Below, piece after piece: positions 1-8,253 of a stretch of DNA of 39,568 nt. The notes beneath the pieces are model-generated. The model made no database searches and was not told the origin of the DNA. It saw only the letters and a list, made by a program, of their open reading frames with translations. Origin of the DNA: Nitrospirota bacterium (GTDB taxonomy: Bacteria; Nitrospirota; Thermodesulfovibrionia; Thermodesulfovibrionales; Dissulfurispiraceae); assembly GCA_040754455.1 (NCBI GenBank), contig JBFMCP010000029.1:1-39568 (forward strand), given 5' to 3'. Within the stretch, counting starts at the first letter, position 1. Every line of letters begins with the position of its first letter. The position numbers and the translations under genes were made by a program.

Positions 1-77
1 TCGTCCATAATCACCTGACCAACAAACCAGGGCAGCTTGATTCCCAATACCTTCGTAAAAAGTGCTTTATCGTCCAT
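1..77 (-). CDS. ISL3-family transposase, N-terminus (partial)
   Basis: Manual translation from ATG 77 gives MDDKALFTKVLGIKLPWFVGQVIMD, matching the typical ISL3 N-terminal pattern LF..(V/A)LG(I/L)..PW.V..V. Too short for the ORF track. Confidence 0.75.
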   Translation of the reverse strand, partial: MDDKALFTKVLGIKLPWFVGQVIMD

Positions 78-97
78 AACTCTATAGAATACTTAAA

Positions 98-113
98 CCA
101 CTATATCTTGTAT
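98..113. promoter_or_regulatory. NrdR-box-like palindrome upstream of the transposase start
   Basis: CCACTATATCTTGTAT matches the NrdR consensus acaCwAtATaTwGtgt at 13 of 16 positions. It overlaps the inverted repeat ACTATA-N5-TATAGT (100-116). Confidence 0.3.
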
Positions 114-210
114 AGTCCCATTAAAAAACCGGATGCGCCTGTTTTTCTATGTTCCCTGTAAGTGTCATGCCGGTTACTCTTTTAGTAAAGATACTCTTCC
201 ATACAGAAAA

Positions 211-1464
211 TTATCTGAGGTACCGTTCCAGCAGCGCAACTGCCCGTTCTGTTGCACCGGCATTTTTCTGGTAGAGCTCTTTTGCCATTTTCCCCATGGA
301 TGCCATCTTCTCAGGGGATGCGAGCAGTTCCTTAATGTGCTGATAAAGGGTGGATGCGTCCGCTTCCAGCGCTCCACCACGTATATAAAACTCTTCAATA
401 AAAGGAAAGTTCTCCATGTGCGGACCGCAGACGATCGCCTTCTCCCAATAGGCGGGCTCCAGAGGATTCTGTCCGCCGTGCTCGATGAAAGTCCCCCCCA
501 TGATCGCAAGGTCGGCAGCGCCATAGGTCGAGGCCAATTCACCGATGACATCGAGAAGAATAACAAGGCCTGACGATAGCGATGTCTTATCACTCATTTC
601 CGACCGTTTAACATAATCGAGACCCTTCTGCCGGATCAGCTCCTCTACCTCCTTGAACCGCTCAGGGTGTCGCGGTGCAACGATGATATTGAGTTTAGGA
701 AAATCATTCTTCAGCTGCGCGTAAACATTGAGGATGAGGTCCTCCTCCGGCCGGTGGGTGCTTCCTGCAATAATAACTGGCCCCTGTAGAAGTGTTGTCC
801 ACTGCGGCAGGTGAGCAGACGGCGTTGTATCGAATTTAAAGCTCCCGATGACTTTCACCTTTTGGGGAGCTGCACCGAGCAGGCGCAGTCGCTCTGCATA
901 GAGCTCATTCTGAACGCAGAGAAGGTCCATGTTGTTCAGCACGCTTCTCAGGAAGAACTTTAGTTTGCTGTATCCCTTGAATGACCCTTCGGAAATTCTT
1001 CCGTTCATCAGGACCACAGGAACATTACGGCGATGAGCCGTCCCGATCATGGCAGGCCAGAGCTCTGTTTCCATGATGATGAAGAGAGATGGATTAATGC
1101 GGTCCAGGGCATTCCCGATGGCAACGGGCAGATCAAAGGGCACATACACAATCTTTGCAAGCGTCCCGATCCTCTCGCCGGCAACCTTCTGCCCTGTGTC
1201 CGTTACGGTAGAGACAACGACCTCGAGCGAAGGATACCGTTCCTTCAGCTTCTTGATGAGCACCACCGAAGCGATGACCTCTCCCACCGAGACCGCGTGA
1301 ACCCATACTCTTTTCTGCCGTCCTGCCTTCGGCATCCCTTCGTAAAGGCCGAAACGCTCTTTCAGCCACCGCTTCCGCAGCCCCTGCGGCCGCTTCAGAT
1401 ACTCATAGGGCAGAAGGAAGGCGAGAGCAACAAGATACAGTATGCTATATATTGGCGTTCCCAT
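211..1464 (-). CDS. waaA: 3-deoxy-D-manno-octulosonic acid (Kdo) transferase
   Basis: N-terminal anchor; motifs WVHAVSVGE, METELWP, AGSTH, APRHPERF, GGQNPLEP; downstream of lpxB. Confidence 0.97.
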   Translation of the reverse strand: MGTPIYSILYLVALAFLLPYEYLKRPQGLRKRWLKERFGLYEGMPKAGRQKRVWVHAVSVGEVIASVVLIKKLKERYPSLEVVVSTVTDTGQKVAGERIGTLAKIVYVPFDLPVAIGNALDRINPSLFIIMETELWPAMIGTAHRRNVPVVLMNGRISEGSFKGYSKLKFFLRSVLNNMDLLCVQNELYAERLRLLGAAPQKVKVIGSFKFDTTPSAHLPQWTTLLQGPVIIAGSTHRPEEDLILNVYAQLKNDFPKLNIIVAPRHPERFKEVEELIRQKGLDYVKRSEMSDKTSLSSGLVILLDVIGELASTYGAADLAIMGGTFIEHGGQNPLEPAYWEKAIVCGPHMENFPFIEEFYIRGGALEADASTLYQHIKELLASPEKMASMGKMAKELYQKNAGATERAVALLERYLR

Positions 1465-1469
1465 TATCT

Positions 1470-1475
1470 ATTATA
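1470..1475 (-). promoter_or_regulatory. Putative -10 box of an internal (leaderless) waaA promoter
   Basis: Minus strand reads TATAAT-AGATA-ATG with no Shine-Dalgarno sequence; -35 is weak. Confidence 0.45.
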
Positions 1476-1505
1476 ACGAGCAACATAAATAAGATGATAA
1501 CACCT

Positions 1506-1542
1506 TGTCATTGCGAGCCCGGCTTCATCGGGCACGGCAATC
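1506..1542. repeat. Partial GTCATTGCGAG...GCAATC palindromic (RPE/REP-like) element
   Basis: TGTCATTGCGAGCCCGGCTTCATCGGGCACGGCAATC with an internal hairpin GCCCG/CGGGC, lying between lpxB and waaA. Confidence 0.5.
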
Positions 1543-1599
1543 ACGGATGCCGATATGCCGGTAGTGCCCTCGCTGCCCAACGCAAGATGTCAGAACCGC

Positions 1600-2802
1600 T
1601 CAGGAACTCTCTTTTGCTCCCAGTGATGCCGCTATCTCTGAAACCCGTTGCGAAGCATGCTTCTCCAGAAAGAGGCGCCGCACCCGTTCGAGCTGCTCTT
1701 TCATCTCGTTCCGGTAGTCGGCATTGCCCACAATCCGCGTAATCTCCTTGACGATATTCTCCCTGTTCGCGTCCTGCTGCAGCAATTCTTTTATGCGCAG
1801 CCCTGAATCGTCCTTTACCGACGCGTCGAGAAGAATGTTCACCAGCGATATATGTTTCACTTTGACGACGAGTTTTCCGATGTAATACGAGAGCGGCGAG
1901 AGTTTGTAGATCACCGTCATCGGTACTCCCAGGAGAGCTGCCTGGAGCGTCGAGGTGCCCGATGCAATCACCGCGGTCTCTCCAGCCATGAGGGCCTTTA
2001 TCGATTGCCCTTTTATCCATGTGACCACAGGGTCCTTCACGATCTGTTGCAGATCGAAATCGTGCAGATCAAGATTCGGCGCGACGGGAATGACGAACTG
2101 ATAGTCGGGGAAGAGCCGCTTCGCTGTCCCTATCACTTCCGTCATCACCGGGAGGAGCCGCTTGATCTCGTGCCTCCTGCTCCCGGGCATGAGCACCATC
2201 ACCGGTTTATCGGGAAGCAATTTCAGCTCCCGTTTCATGAACGTCTTCAGCCGTTCGGAGCCGATATCACCGATGCCGCATCCTGCATCAGCGAGAATCT
2301 CCCTGATTTCGTCAAGAACAGGATGCCCCACGAATTCGCAGTGAATACCGGTCTGCCCGTACAGCGGCGTCTCAAAAGGGAGAACCACTGCCATGGCATC
2401 AACCACCCTGCTGATGACGTTTACTCGTTTCTTTCTCCAGGCCCAGACCTGGGGGCTGACGTAGTACAGCACCTTGATGCCCCGCTTTTTCGCCTCGCGC
2501 GCAACCCTTATATTGAAATCAGGATAGTCGATGACGACGAGCACCTGTGGCCTGAAACTGCTGAATGCATCGATGATCTTTCGAAAGGTCTCACGGATCG
2601 CGCCGTACGTCTTGAGCGCCTCGGTAATGCCGAATGAGCTCGCAATGCGGCCAATGAATTCCACACCGGCGGACTCCATCCGCTCTCCGCCGACTCCGGA
2701 AATACGCACCTGCGGATAGCGGGTCCTGAGATCTTTTGCAAGCAACGCGCCGTAAAGCTCGCCCGAGCTTTCACCGGCTATGATCATTACCCGTTCAAGC
2801 AT
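1600..2802 (-). CDS. lpxB: Lipid-A-disaccharide synthase
   Basis: Motifs IAGESSGELYG, IDYPDFN, YYVSPQVWAWR, FVGHP, PGSR, ASGT. Confidence 0.97.
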   Translation of the reverse strand: MLERVMIIAGESSGELYGALLAKDLRTRYPQVRISGVGGERMESAGVEFIGRIASSFGITEALKTYGAIRETFRKIIDAFSSFRPQVLVVIDYPDFNIRVAREAKKRGIKVLYYVSPQVWAWRKKRVNVISRVVDAMAVVLPFETPLYGQTGIHCEFVGHPVLDEIREILADAGCGIGDIGSERLKTFMKRELKLLPDKPVMVLMPGSRRHEIKRLLPVMTEVIGTAKRLFPDYQFVIPVAPNLDLHDFDLQQIVKDPVVTWIKGQSIKALMAGETAVIASGTSTLQAALLGVPMTVIYKLSPLSYYIGKLVVKVKHISLVNILLDASVKDDSGLRIKELLQQDANRENIVKEITRIVGNADYRNEMKEQLERVRRLFLEKHASQRVSEIAASLGAKESS

Positions 2803-3884
2803 GCACGAATAGCATCGGCGGTAGCGCGGATATCTGCGGCATCGAGCTCGGGATAAATCGGAAGGGAGAGCACTTCTTTCGATGCCTGCTCCGTTACCGG
2901 GAAATCACCCTCCCGGTGTCCCAGGAACCGCATCGCCTCCTGCAGATGGAGCGGGAACGGATAATAGACGACCGAGGAGATGCCGCGCTCCTTGAGCTGC
3001 TGCTGGATGAAATCCCGCTTCGGGCTCCTGATCGTGTACTGATGGTAGACATGGTAGGCGCCCTCTTTTTCGACGGGACAGCCGACGACGTCAGAGAGCA
3101 GGCGGTTGTAGAGCGCTGCATTCTCGCGCCGTCGCCTGTTGTATTCGTCGATCCGTTTGAACTTCACCAGGAGAATCCCTGCCTGTATCTCATCGAGCCT
3201 GCTGTTGTAGCCGAGGCATTCATGACGGTAGCCCCCCTTGGAGCCGTGGTTCCGCAGCTTCCGTATCTCGTCGGCAAGGCCGTGGTCATGCAGTGTAATC
3301 ATGCCACCGTCGCCGTAGGCGCCGAGGTTCTTGCTGGGGTAGAAGCTGAAGCATCCCGCCTCTCCGAAGCTCCCGGTCATCTTGCCCTGCAGTGTGGCGC
3401 CGAAGGACTGGGCGCAGTCCTCCACAATCTTGAGCTTATGGCGGCCGGCGATATCCATGATGCGCTGCATATCTGCGGGATGCCCGAAGATATGGACCGG
3501 CAGGATCGCTTTGGTGCGCTCCGTTATGCTCTTCTCGATGAGTGCGGGATTGATATTATAGGTCTCGGGCTCGATATCGACAAAGACCGGCTTTGCGCCG
3601 ACATAGAGGATCGCCTCGGCAGTCGCAAAAAAGGTAAAGGGTGTTGTGATCACCTCGTCTCCCTCGCCGATGCCGAGCGCCCGCAATGCCAGATGGAGGG
3701 CATCAGTCCCCGAGGCGACGCCGATCGCTTCGCTTACGTTGTGATATTTCTTTATATTCTCTTCCAGCTCGCTTACCTTTTTGCCCAGCACATACTGGGA
3801 GCTCTCGAGGATTTCATTGAGCGTGGAAATGACCTCTTCCTTAATATCGAGATACTGCTTCTTCAGATCGATCATCGGCTTCAT
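2787..3884 (-). CDS. gnnB: DegT/DnrJ/EryC1/StrS PLP aminotransferase, probable GnnB (UDP-3-keto-GlcNAc aminotransferase)
   Basis: Motifs SGTDAL, TPFTFFAT, EDCAQS, SFYPSKNLGAYGDGG, NSRLDEIQA. Start moved to ATG 3884 (MKPMIDLK), which forms an ATGA overlap with the upstream gene. Sits directly upstream of lpxB; symbol assigned from context. Confidence 0.8.
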   Translation of the reverse strand: MKPMIDLKKQYLDIKEEVISTLNEILESSQYVLGKKVSELEENIKKYHNVSEAIGVASGTDALHLALRALGIGEGDEVITTPFTFFATAEAILYVGAKPVFVDIEPETYNINPALIEKSITERTKAILPVHIFGHPADMQRIMDIAGRHKLKIVEDCAQSFGATLQGKMTGSFGEAGCFSFYPSKNLGAYGDGGMITLHDHGLADEIRKLRNHGSKGGYRHECLGYNSRLDEIQAGILLVKFKRIDEYNRRRRENAALYNRLLSDVVGCPVEKEGAYHVYHQYTIRSPKRDFIQQQLKERGISSVVYYPFPLHLQEAMRFLGHREGDFPVTEQASKEVLSLPIYPELDAADIRATADAIRACLNG

Positions 3885-4819
3885 AACAAGTTCCACTCCT
3901 GTTTTATCTTTTCTCCGATCTGGAGCGCAACTTTCAATGCATTGCGTCCTTTTATCGCACAGACCCGCGGTCTGCTCCGTGCACCTATGCATGCGACGAA
4001 ATCTTTCAGCTCCTCCTTGAGCGGCTCCTTCCGCTCCACCGTAATGGTCTCGTTGAGGAGCTTGCCGTCACCTTTGAAAAACCTCTTTATCTCCAGATTC
4101 TGATAATCCACGATCATATAGGAATCCTTCTGGAAAACGGTAAGCCTCCTGGACTTATCCGCAGCGACCCTGCTCGCGGTAAAGAGCGCATGCACGCCGC
4201 CTTCAAAGCCAAGCCATGCCTTCGCAAAATCAATGGTCCCGGTGAGCACCCGGCTTCCTGTCGCCGTCACCGAGCGCACCGCGTTCCCTTCAAGGAGCGA
4301 GAGGACGATATCGATATCATGGATCATCAGGTCGAGGGTGATATCCACATCAGTCCCCCTCCCGAGGAAGGGAGAGACCCGCTCCGCCTCCAGAAAGGTT
4401 GGATGGTCCAGCAAAGGCTTGAGCGCCTCCATAACAGGATTAAACCGCTCGAGATGGCCGATCTGCACGATAACCCCCGCCTGTTCAGATGCCTGAATGA
4501 CCTCTTCGGCCTCCTCAATGGTCGTGGTAATGGGTTTCTCGATCATGAGGTCCTTGCCGGCGCTGATGCAGTCCATGGCGATACGGTGGTGCATGGTCGT
4601 CGGCGTGACGATGCTCAGGGCATCCACCTGCCCGAGCATATCACGGTAATCGGCGTATGCCGTTCCGCCGTACTTCTGAGCTATCTCCTCTGCGCGGCCT
4701 TTATCCGTATCGACAACGGCAGTCAGCGCGATATCACCGGTCTCGCGTCCGAGCTCGGAATAGATACGTGCATGGTGCTGGCCAAGGTAGCCGACGCCTA
4801 TAACGCCCACCCGTATCAT
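3881..4819 (-). CDS. gnnA: Gfo/Idh/MocA oxidoreductase, probable GnnA (UDP-GlcNAc 3-dehydrogenase)
   Basis: Rossmann motif GVIGVGYLG..H, EKP, GHLERFNP, DLMIHDID, TASRV. Start moved to ATG 4819 (ATGA overlap). Paired with a DegT gene and lpxB; symbol assigned from context. Confidence 0.8.
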   Translation of the reverse strand: MIRVGVIGVGYLGQHHARIYSELGRETGDIALTAVVDTDKGRAEEIAQKYGGTAYADYRDMLGQVDALSIVTPTTMHHRIAMDCISAGKDLMIEKPITTTIEEAEEVIQASEQAGVIVQIGHLERFNPVMEALKPLLDHPTFLEAERVSPFLGRGTDVDITLDLMIHDIDIVLSLLEGNAVRSVTATGSRVLTGTIDFAKAWLGFEGGVHALFTASRVAADKSRRLTVFQKDSYMIVDYQNLEIKRFFKGDGKLLNETITVERKEPLKEELKDFVACIGARSRPRVCAIKGRNALKVALQIGEKIKQEWNLL

Positions 4820-5493
4820 GTCCGGCGCGCCCCTCTCCTCATTGCCCCCTTCACCGTTGCAGCGGTACACGCATGAAATTTGCGCAAGACGACCTCTCTT
4901 GCTTCTGAAAAGCCCTTTCTTCGTAAGACATCAAAAATTGCTGCAGATGCCATTCCCTTTAAAAATTCCTCTCTCTTCCTTTTTTCCGGAATTCCTTTCA
5001 AGGCCCTTTTACGGAGAGTATGTACCAGATCAAGGAACCGCCCGAAATCTTTGCCGTAGAGAAACTCCAATTCCCTCCTCATCGCCCTGGCCATTGCAGG
5101 ACTCGCACCCGAGGTGGAGATAGCGATAGTAAGCAAACCCCGCTGCACCACAGAAGGAACGATAAAGTTTGCCAGAGCCGGTTGATCGACAACATTGACC
5201 AGACAGGGCGCATCCTTCGAAACTGCGGTATTCACCTGATCATCAGAGGTCGCCGCAATAGCAAGAAAGGACCCCTTCAGGTCTCCCTTCCTGTAGGTCC
5301 TCGGCAGGTGCTCTATGGTGCCTTTTTGTTTCTGTCGCTCGAGAAGATCGGTCAGGCTGGGGCTGATGACTTTGACCTTCGCCCCGGCACGGAGGAGGCC
5401 CGCCACCTTTCGCTCAGCCACCTTGCCGCCGCCGACCACCACGCACTGCTTGCCTTTCAAGTCGATAAAGGCAGGATAGTACCGGGGACTCAC
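4816..5493 (-). CDS. Precorrin-2 dehydrogenase / sirohydrochlorin ferrochelatase (SirC/Met8/CysG N-terminal type)
   Basis: YP.FIDL start, VVGGGKVAERK, LVNVVDQP..ANF.VPS, IAISTSGASP. Confidence 0.92.
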   Translation of the reverse strand: MSPRYYPAFIDLKGKQCVVVGGGKVAERKVAGLLRAGAKVKVISPSLTDLLERQKQKGTIEHLPRTYRKGDLKGSFLAIAATSDDQVNTAVSKDAPCLVNVVDQPALANFIVPSVVQRGLLTIAISTSGASPAMARAMRRELEFLYGKDFGRFLDLVHTLRKRALKGIPEKRKREEFLKGMASAAIFDVLRRKGFSEAREVVLRKFHACTAATVKGAMRRGARRT

Positions 5494-5531
5494 TGCTCAG
5501 CAGCGCCTCTGGACTTCTCTATAAGAACTGC

Positions 5532-6287
5532 TCAACGGATTCCTTTCTTCGCCTCTTGCGCAGACCGGCTCGAAGGATATTTCGCAACGAGCTGCTTGAA
5601 GACCTCTTGCGCTTTGTCGTTCATTTTAAGCGCTTTATACGACCTGCCGAGGAGAAGCAATGCCTCATCAGCTCTTTTATAGTCGGGATACTGCTTCAGC
5701 AGTCCTTCAAGCCTGTTCACTGCTGCACTGTAGGATTCTTTTTTGTAATAGTACTCGCCGACCAGCAGCTCACCATCGGCGATGATGGTCCTGCATTTCT
5801 CGATCCTGAGATCGAGCACCTCCCGGTAGGGATTGCGCGGGTAGAGTTCTTTCAGCTTCAGGAACTCCTTAAGGGCTTTGTGTGCAGCACCCGAGCCCCT
5901 GTCCGGTGATTCGATTTGCGAAAAGTATGCCATGGCAATCTGGTATTGGGCATAGGAGGCATACTGGTTGTCGGGATAGAGCTCGAGGAACTTGCGGTAC
6001 TCCTCGATGCCGGGGTCAACCTCTTTTTCTTTGATGTAGGAGTCGGCGATCTTGAGCTGCGCCAGAGGAGCATACTTCTTCGAAGTATCCCGGTTCTTTA
6101 CCTCGAGGAGCACTTTCCGTGCTGCATCGAATTCTTTATCGTCAACCAGCTTGTCCGCCTTCGCGAGCTGCTTTTCGGGAGCAAAGGCCTCCTCGCCTTT
6201 CACTCCCTTCCCGGCCCCTCCACAACCCTGGAGGAACATCATCACGGCGACCACCATCGATAACACTACAACCATCGATTTTTTCAT
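5532..6287 (-). CDS. bamD: Outer membrane protein assembly factor BamD (TPR lipoprotein)
   Basis: Lipobox LQGC; TPR motifs AQLKIADSY, FLELYP...YA.YAQYQIAMAY, LYP.NPY, VGEYY.K..Y.AA.NR. Confidence 0.9.
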   Translation of the reverse strand: MKKSMVVVLSMVVAVMMFLQGCGGAGKGVKGEEAFAPEKQLAKADKLVDDKEFDAARKVLLEVKNRDTSKKYAPLAQLKIADSYIKEKEVDPGIEEYRKFLELYPDNQYASYAQYQIAMAYFSQIESPDRGSGAAHKALKEFLKLKELYPRNPYREVLDLRIEKCRTIIADGELLVGEYYYKKESYSAAVNRLEGLLKQYPDYKRADEALLLLGRSYKALKMNDKAQEVFKQLVAKYPSSRSAQEAKKGIR

Positions 6288-6294
6288 AAAGAGT

Positions 6295-6359
6295 ATTAAA
6301 ACCTTTAAGTGCTTTTTTAGTCAAGGGTTTTGACTTATCGTGCCCCTATATTTTAAACT
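6295..6359. promoter_or_regulatory. Back-to-back sigma70 promoters sharing the palindrome AGTCAA-GGGTT-TTGACT
   Basis: Plus strand: TTGACT(6330-6335)-N18-TAAACT(6354-6359). Minus strand: TTGACT(6324-6319)-N18-TTTAAT(6300-6295), followed by the bamD ATG 7 nt later. Confidence 0.55.
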
Positions 6360-6430
6360 GTGAGGACTATTTACACAGGATACTGATGAACTCTTTTCCT
6401 CTCGTAATCCTGTAGCGCGGAGGATTCTTT

Positions 6431-8173
6431 TTGATGATAAAAAAGGTCGTAACAGCAGCAGTCGTTTTGTTGTGTATTTTCGCCTTTTCCCGGCCCCTCG
6501 GTGCCTGGCAGCAGGGCGACACCCTGCAGTCGGGTCCGCTCGCCGAGCTCAAACATGAAACGTTATCATACTTCACCCCTGTTACGGGGACCATTGTTGC
6601 CGTTGATGGTACGACCTTAAAGATCAACACCGGACTCAAGACAGGGATGCGCCTCCAGGCCTTTAAAGAGGGGGTCAACTTCGTGCACCCTGTCACCAAA
6701 GAACCCCTCGGGAAGGTCGAGATCCCGGTCGGCACCATCGAGATCACAGCGACAGATGCGCAGAGCTCATCGGGCATCATCACTTCGGGAAAGCCCGAAG
6801 ATTTTCTCAATGCAAAGATCAAGATCCCCGGCACAAAGGTCCGGCTTTTATTTTATCAGGGGAACATGGACTGGTTTCTGGGGGAAGCCTACTATCAGTT
6901 GCTCAAGGAGAGCGGACGTTTTGAGCTGGTGGATACCGGCATCGTGACCGATGATCTGTCAAAAATCGCGGCAGAAGCCCGTGCAAAGGGAGCAGAAGCG
7001 GCATTGGTCCTTACTGCCGAGGAATTTACCGACCATATTTCCCTCACCCAGAAGCTGCTCTGGACAAAAGATGCAAAACAGTTCTCCGAGAAAAAGGTCG
7101 CTGCCGACGTCGCAAGCGTCAGGGAACTGCGCTTTCAGGCAGGCCGCGTCCTGCTGCAGGAGGGCGAGGTGCTGCTCTCGTTCCGCCTCCCTTACCGGGC
7201 GAACAGGCTCGCCGTCGGCGACCTCGACGGTGACGGCACCCAGGAGATACTCCTTGCCGCAGGAGACATGATACGGGTCTACCAGGCAGGAGTCGACCTC
7301 AAGTTCCTTTGGGAATTCAAAGTCCCCTCCACCAGCGAGACGATCTGGATCGATACCATCGATCTGAACAAGAACGGAAAATACGAAGTGCTCATCACCT
7401 CCATACAGGGTGGCGCGATCACCGCCGGCAAGGATGAAATCACCTCCACTACTCCTGAAAGCGGGAAAGTGAACTCGTATATTTACGAGCTGCGCGATGC
7501 CCAGTTCATACAGCTCTGGAAGGCCCCCGACACCTTCATCAGGAAACTCGACAGAGGCATTGCAGGCCAGCGGTATCACAAGCGCGACGGGTATGACGGC
7601 CATGTCTTCTCCATTGTCGTAAATGAAGGTAACTATAAAGCCGGCAATGAGCTCAAGCTCCCTCCGGGGATCAACATTTACGACTTCCAGTATGCCCGTG
7701 CTGCAGATGGAAAACATGCGGTCTTTGCCTGGGATGAGTACGGTTACCTCAATCTCTTCAATGAGAAAGGCTTGCGCACCTGGCGGAGCAAGGAGGATTT
7801 CGGCGGGTTCTCCACGGTCTTCAAGAAAGAGTCACCGACGGTAATGCAGGACCGGGGGACCTGGTCGGTCAAGGACCGGCTCCTCGCAAAAGAAAGCGAG
7901 GTGCTTCTACCGAAACGCAAACCTCTGCTCGGCATGGCAAAAGGATTGGGATACAAGTCGTCTGAAATAAAGAGCCTGTGGTGGAACGGTATCGATGTCG
8001 AAGAGCGCATCTTCATCGAGAACGCAGGCGGCGAAGTACTCGATTACGACCTGGCAGGCGATCGGCTGATCGTCCTCTCGAGGGTCCCCTGGGGAGAAAA
8101 GGCGAAGGGTTTGCTGAAAGGGATCAGTCCCGGAGGCGTTATGCTGTACGTCTTCTCTCTCAAGGGAAAATAA
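6431..8173 (+). CDS. Secreted FG-GAP/VCBS-repeat protein
   Basis: Signal peptide; repeats AVGDLDGDGTQEI and IDLNKNGKYEV; GGAGG upstream. Start is TTG 6431 or ATG 6434. Confidence 0.8.
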   Translation: MMIKKVVTAAVVLLCIFAFSRPLGAWQQGDTLQSGPLAELKHETLSYFTPVTGTIVAVDGTTLKINTGLKTGMRLQAFKEGVNFVHPVTKEPLGKVEIPVGTIEITATDAQSSSGIITSGKPEDFLNAKIKIPGTKVRLLFYQGNMDWFLGEAYYQLLKESGRFELVDTGIVTDDLSKIAAEARAKGAEAALVLTAEEFTDHISLTQKLLWTKDAKQFSEKKVAADVASVRELRFQAGRVLLQEGEVLLSFRLPYRANRLAVGDLDGDGTQEILLAAGDMIRVYQAGVDLKFLWEFKVPSTSETIWIDTIDLNKNGKYEVLITSIQGGAITAGKDEITSTTPESGKVNSYIYELRDAQFIQLWKAPDTFIRKLDRGIAGQRYHKRDGYDGHVFSIVVNEGNYKAGNELKLPPGINIYDFQYARAADGKHAVFAWDEYGYLNLFNEKGLRTWRSKEDFGGFSTVFKKESPTVMQDRGTWSVKDRLLAKESEVLLPKRKPLLGMAKGLGYKSSEIKSLWWNGIDVEERIFIENAGGEVLDYDLAGDRLIVLSRVPWGEKAKGLLKGISPGGVMLYVFSLKGK

Positions 8174-8177
8174 AAGA

Positions 8178-8237
8178 AGTTCACCGCTTACCGTCCACAG
8201 TTCACCGCCTTTTACAATGAACTATGCACGATGAACG
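8178..8237. repeat. Inverted heptamer-repeat hairpin
   Basis: Left arm GTTCACC GCTTACC GTCCACA GTTCACC; complementary right arm ATGAACT ATGCACG ATGAACG. Confidence 0.6.
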
Positions 8238-8253
8238 CACGTAGGGGGGCGCT

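Larger units (their letters stand above)
1..139 (-). mobile_element. ISL3-family insertion sequence, left end (truncated by window edge)
   Basis: Minus strand from 139 reads GGCGCATCCGGTTTTTTAATGGGA, a GG-initiated ISL3-type terminal repeat. A transposase-like start follows at 77. The flank at 140-147 is AT-rich (TGTTTTTC). Confidence 0.7.

Noticed and set aside
133..593. ORFs 133-573 (+) and 174-593 (-)
   Set aside because: They overlap waaA in other frames and show no motifs.
2916..4103. 395-aa plus-strand ORF, and similar long antisense ORFs at 1852-2637, 4190-4876, 5020-5682, 6959-7717, 9797-10555, 16171-17097 and 20671-21729
   Set aside because: Antisense shadows of well-supported genes in GC-rich DNA, with no recognisable motifs.
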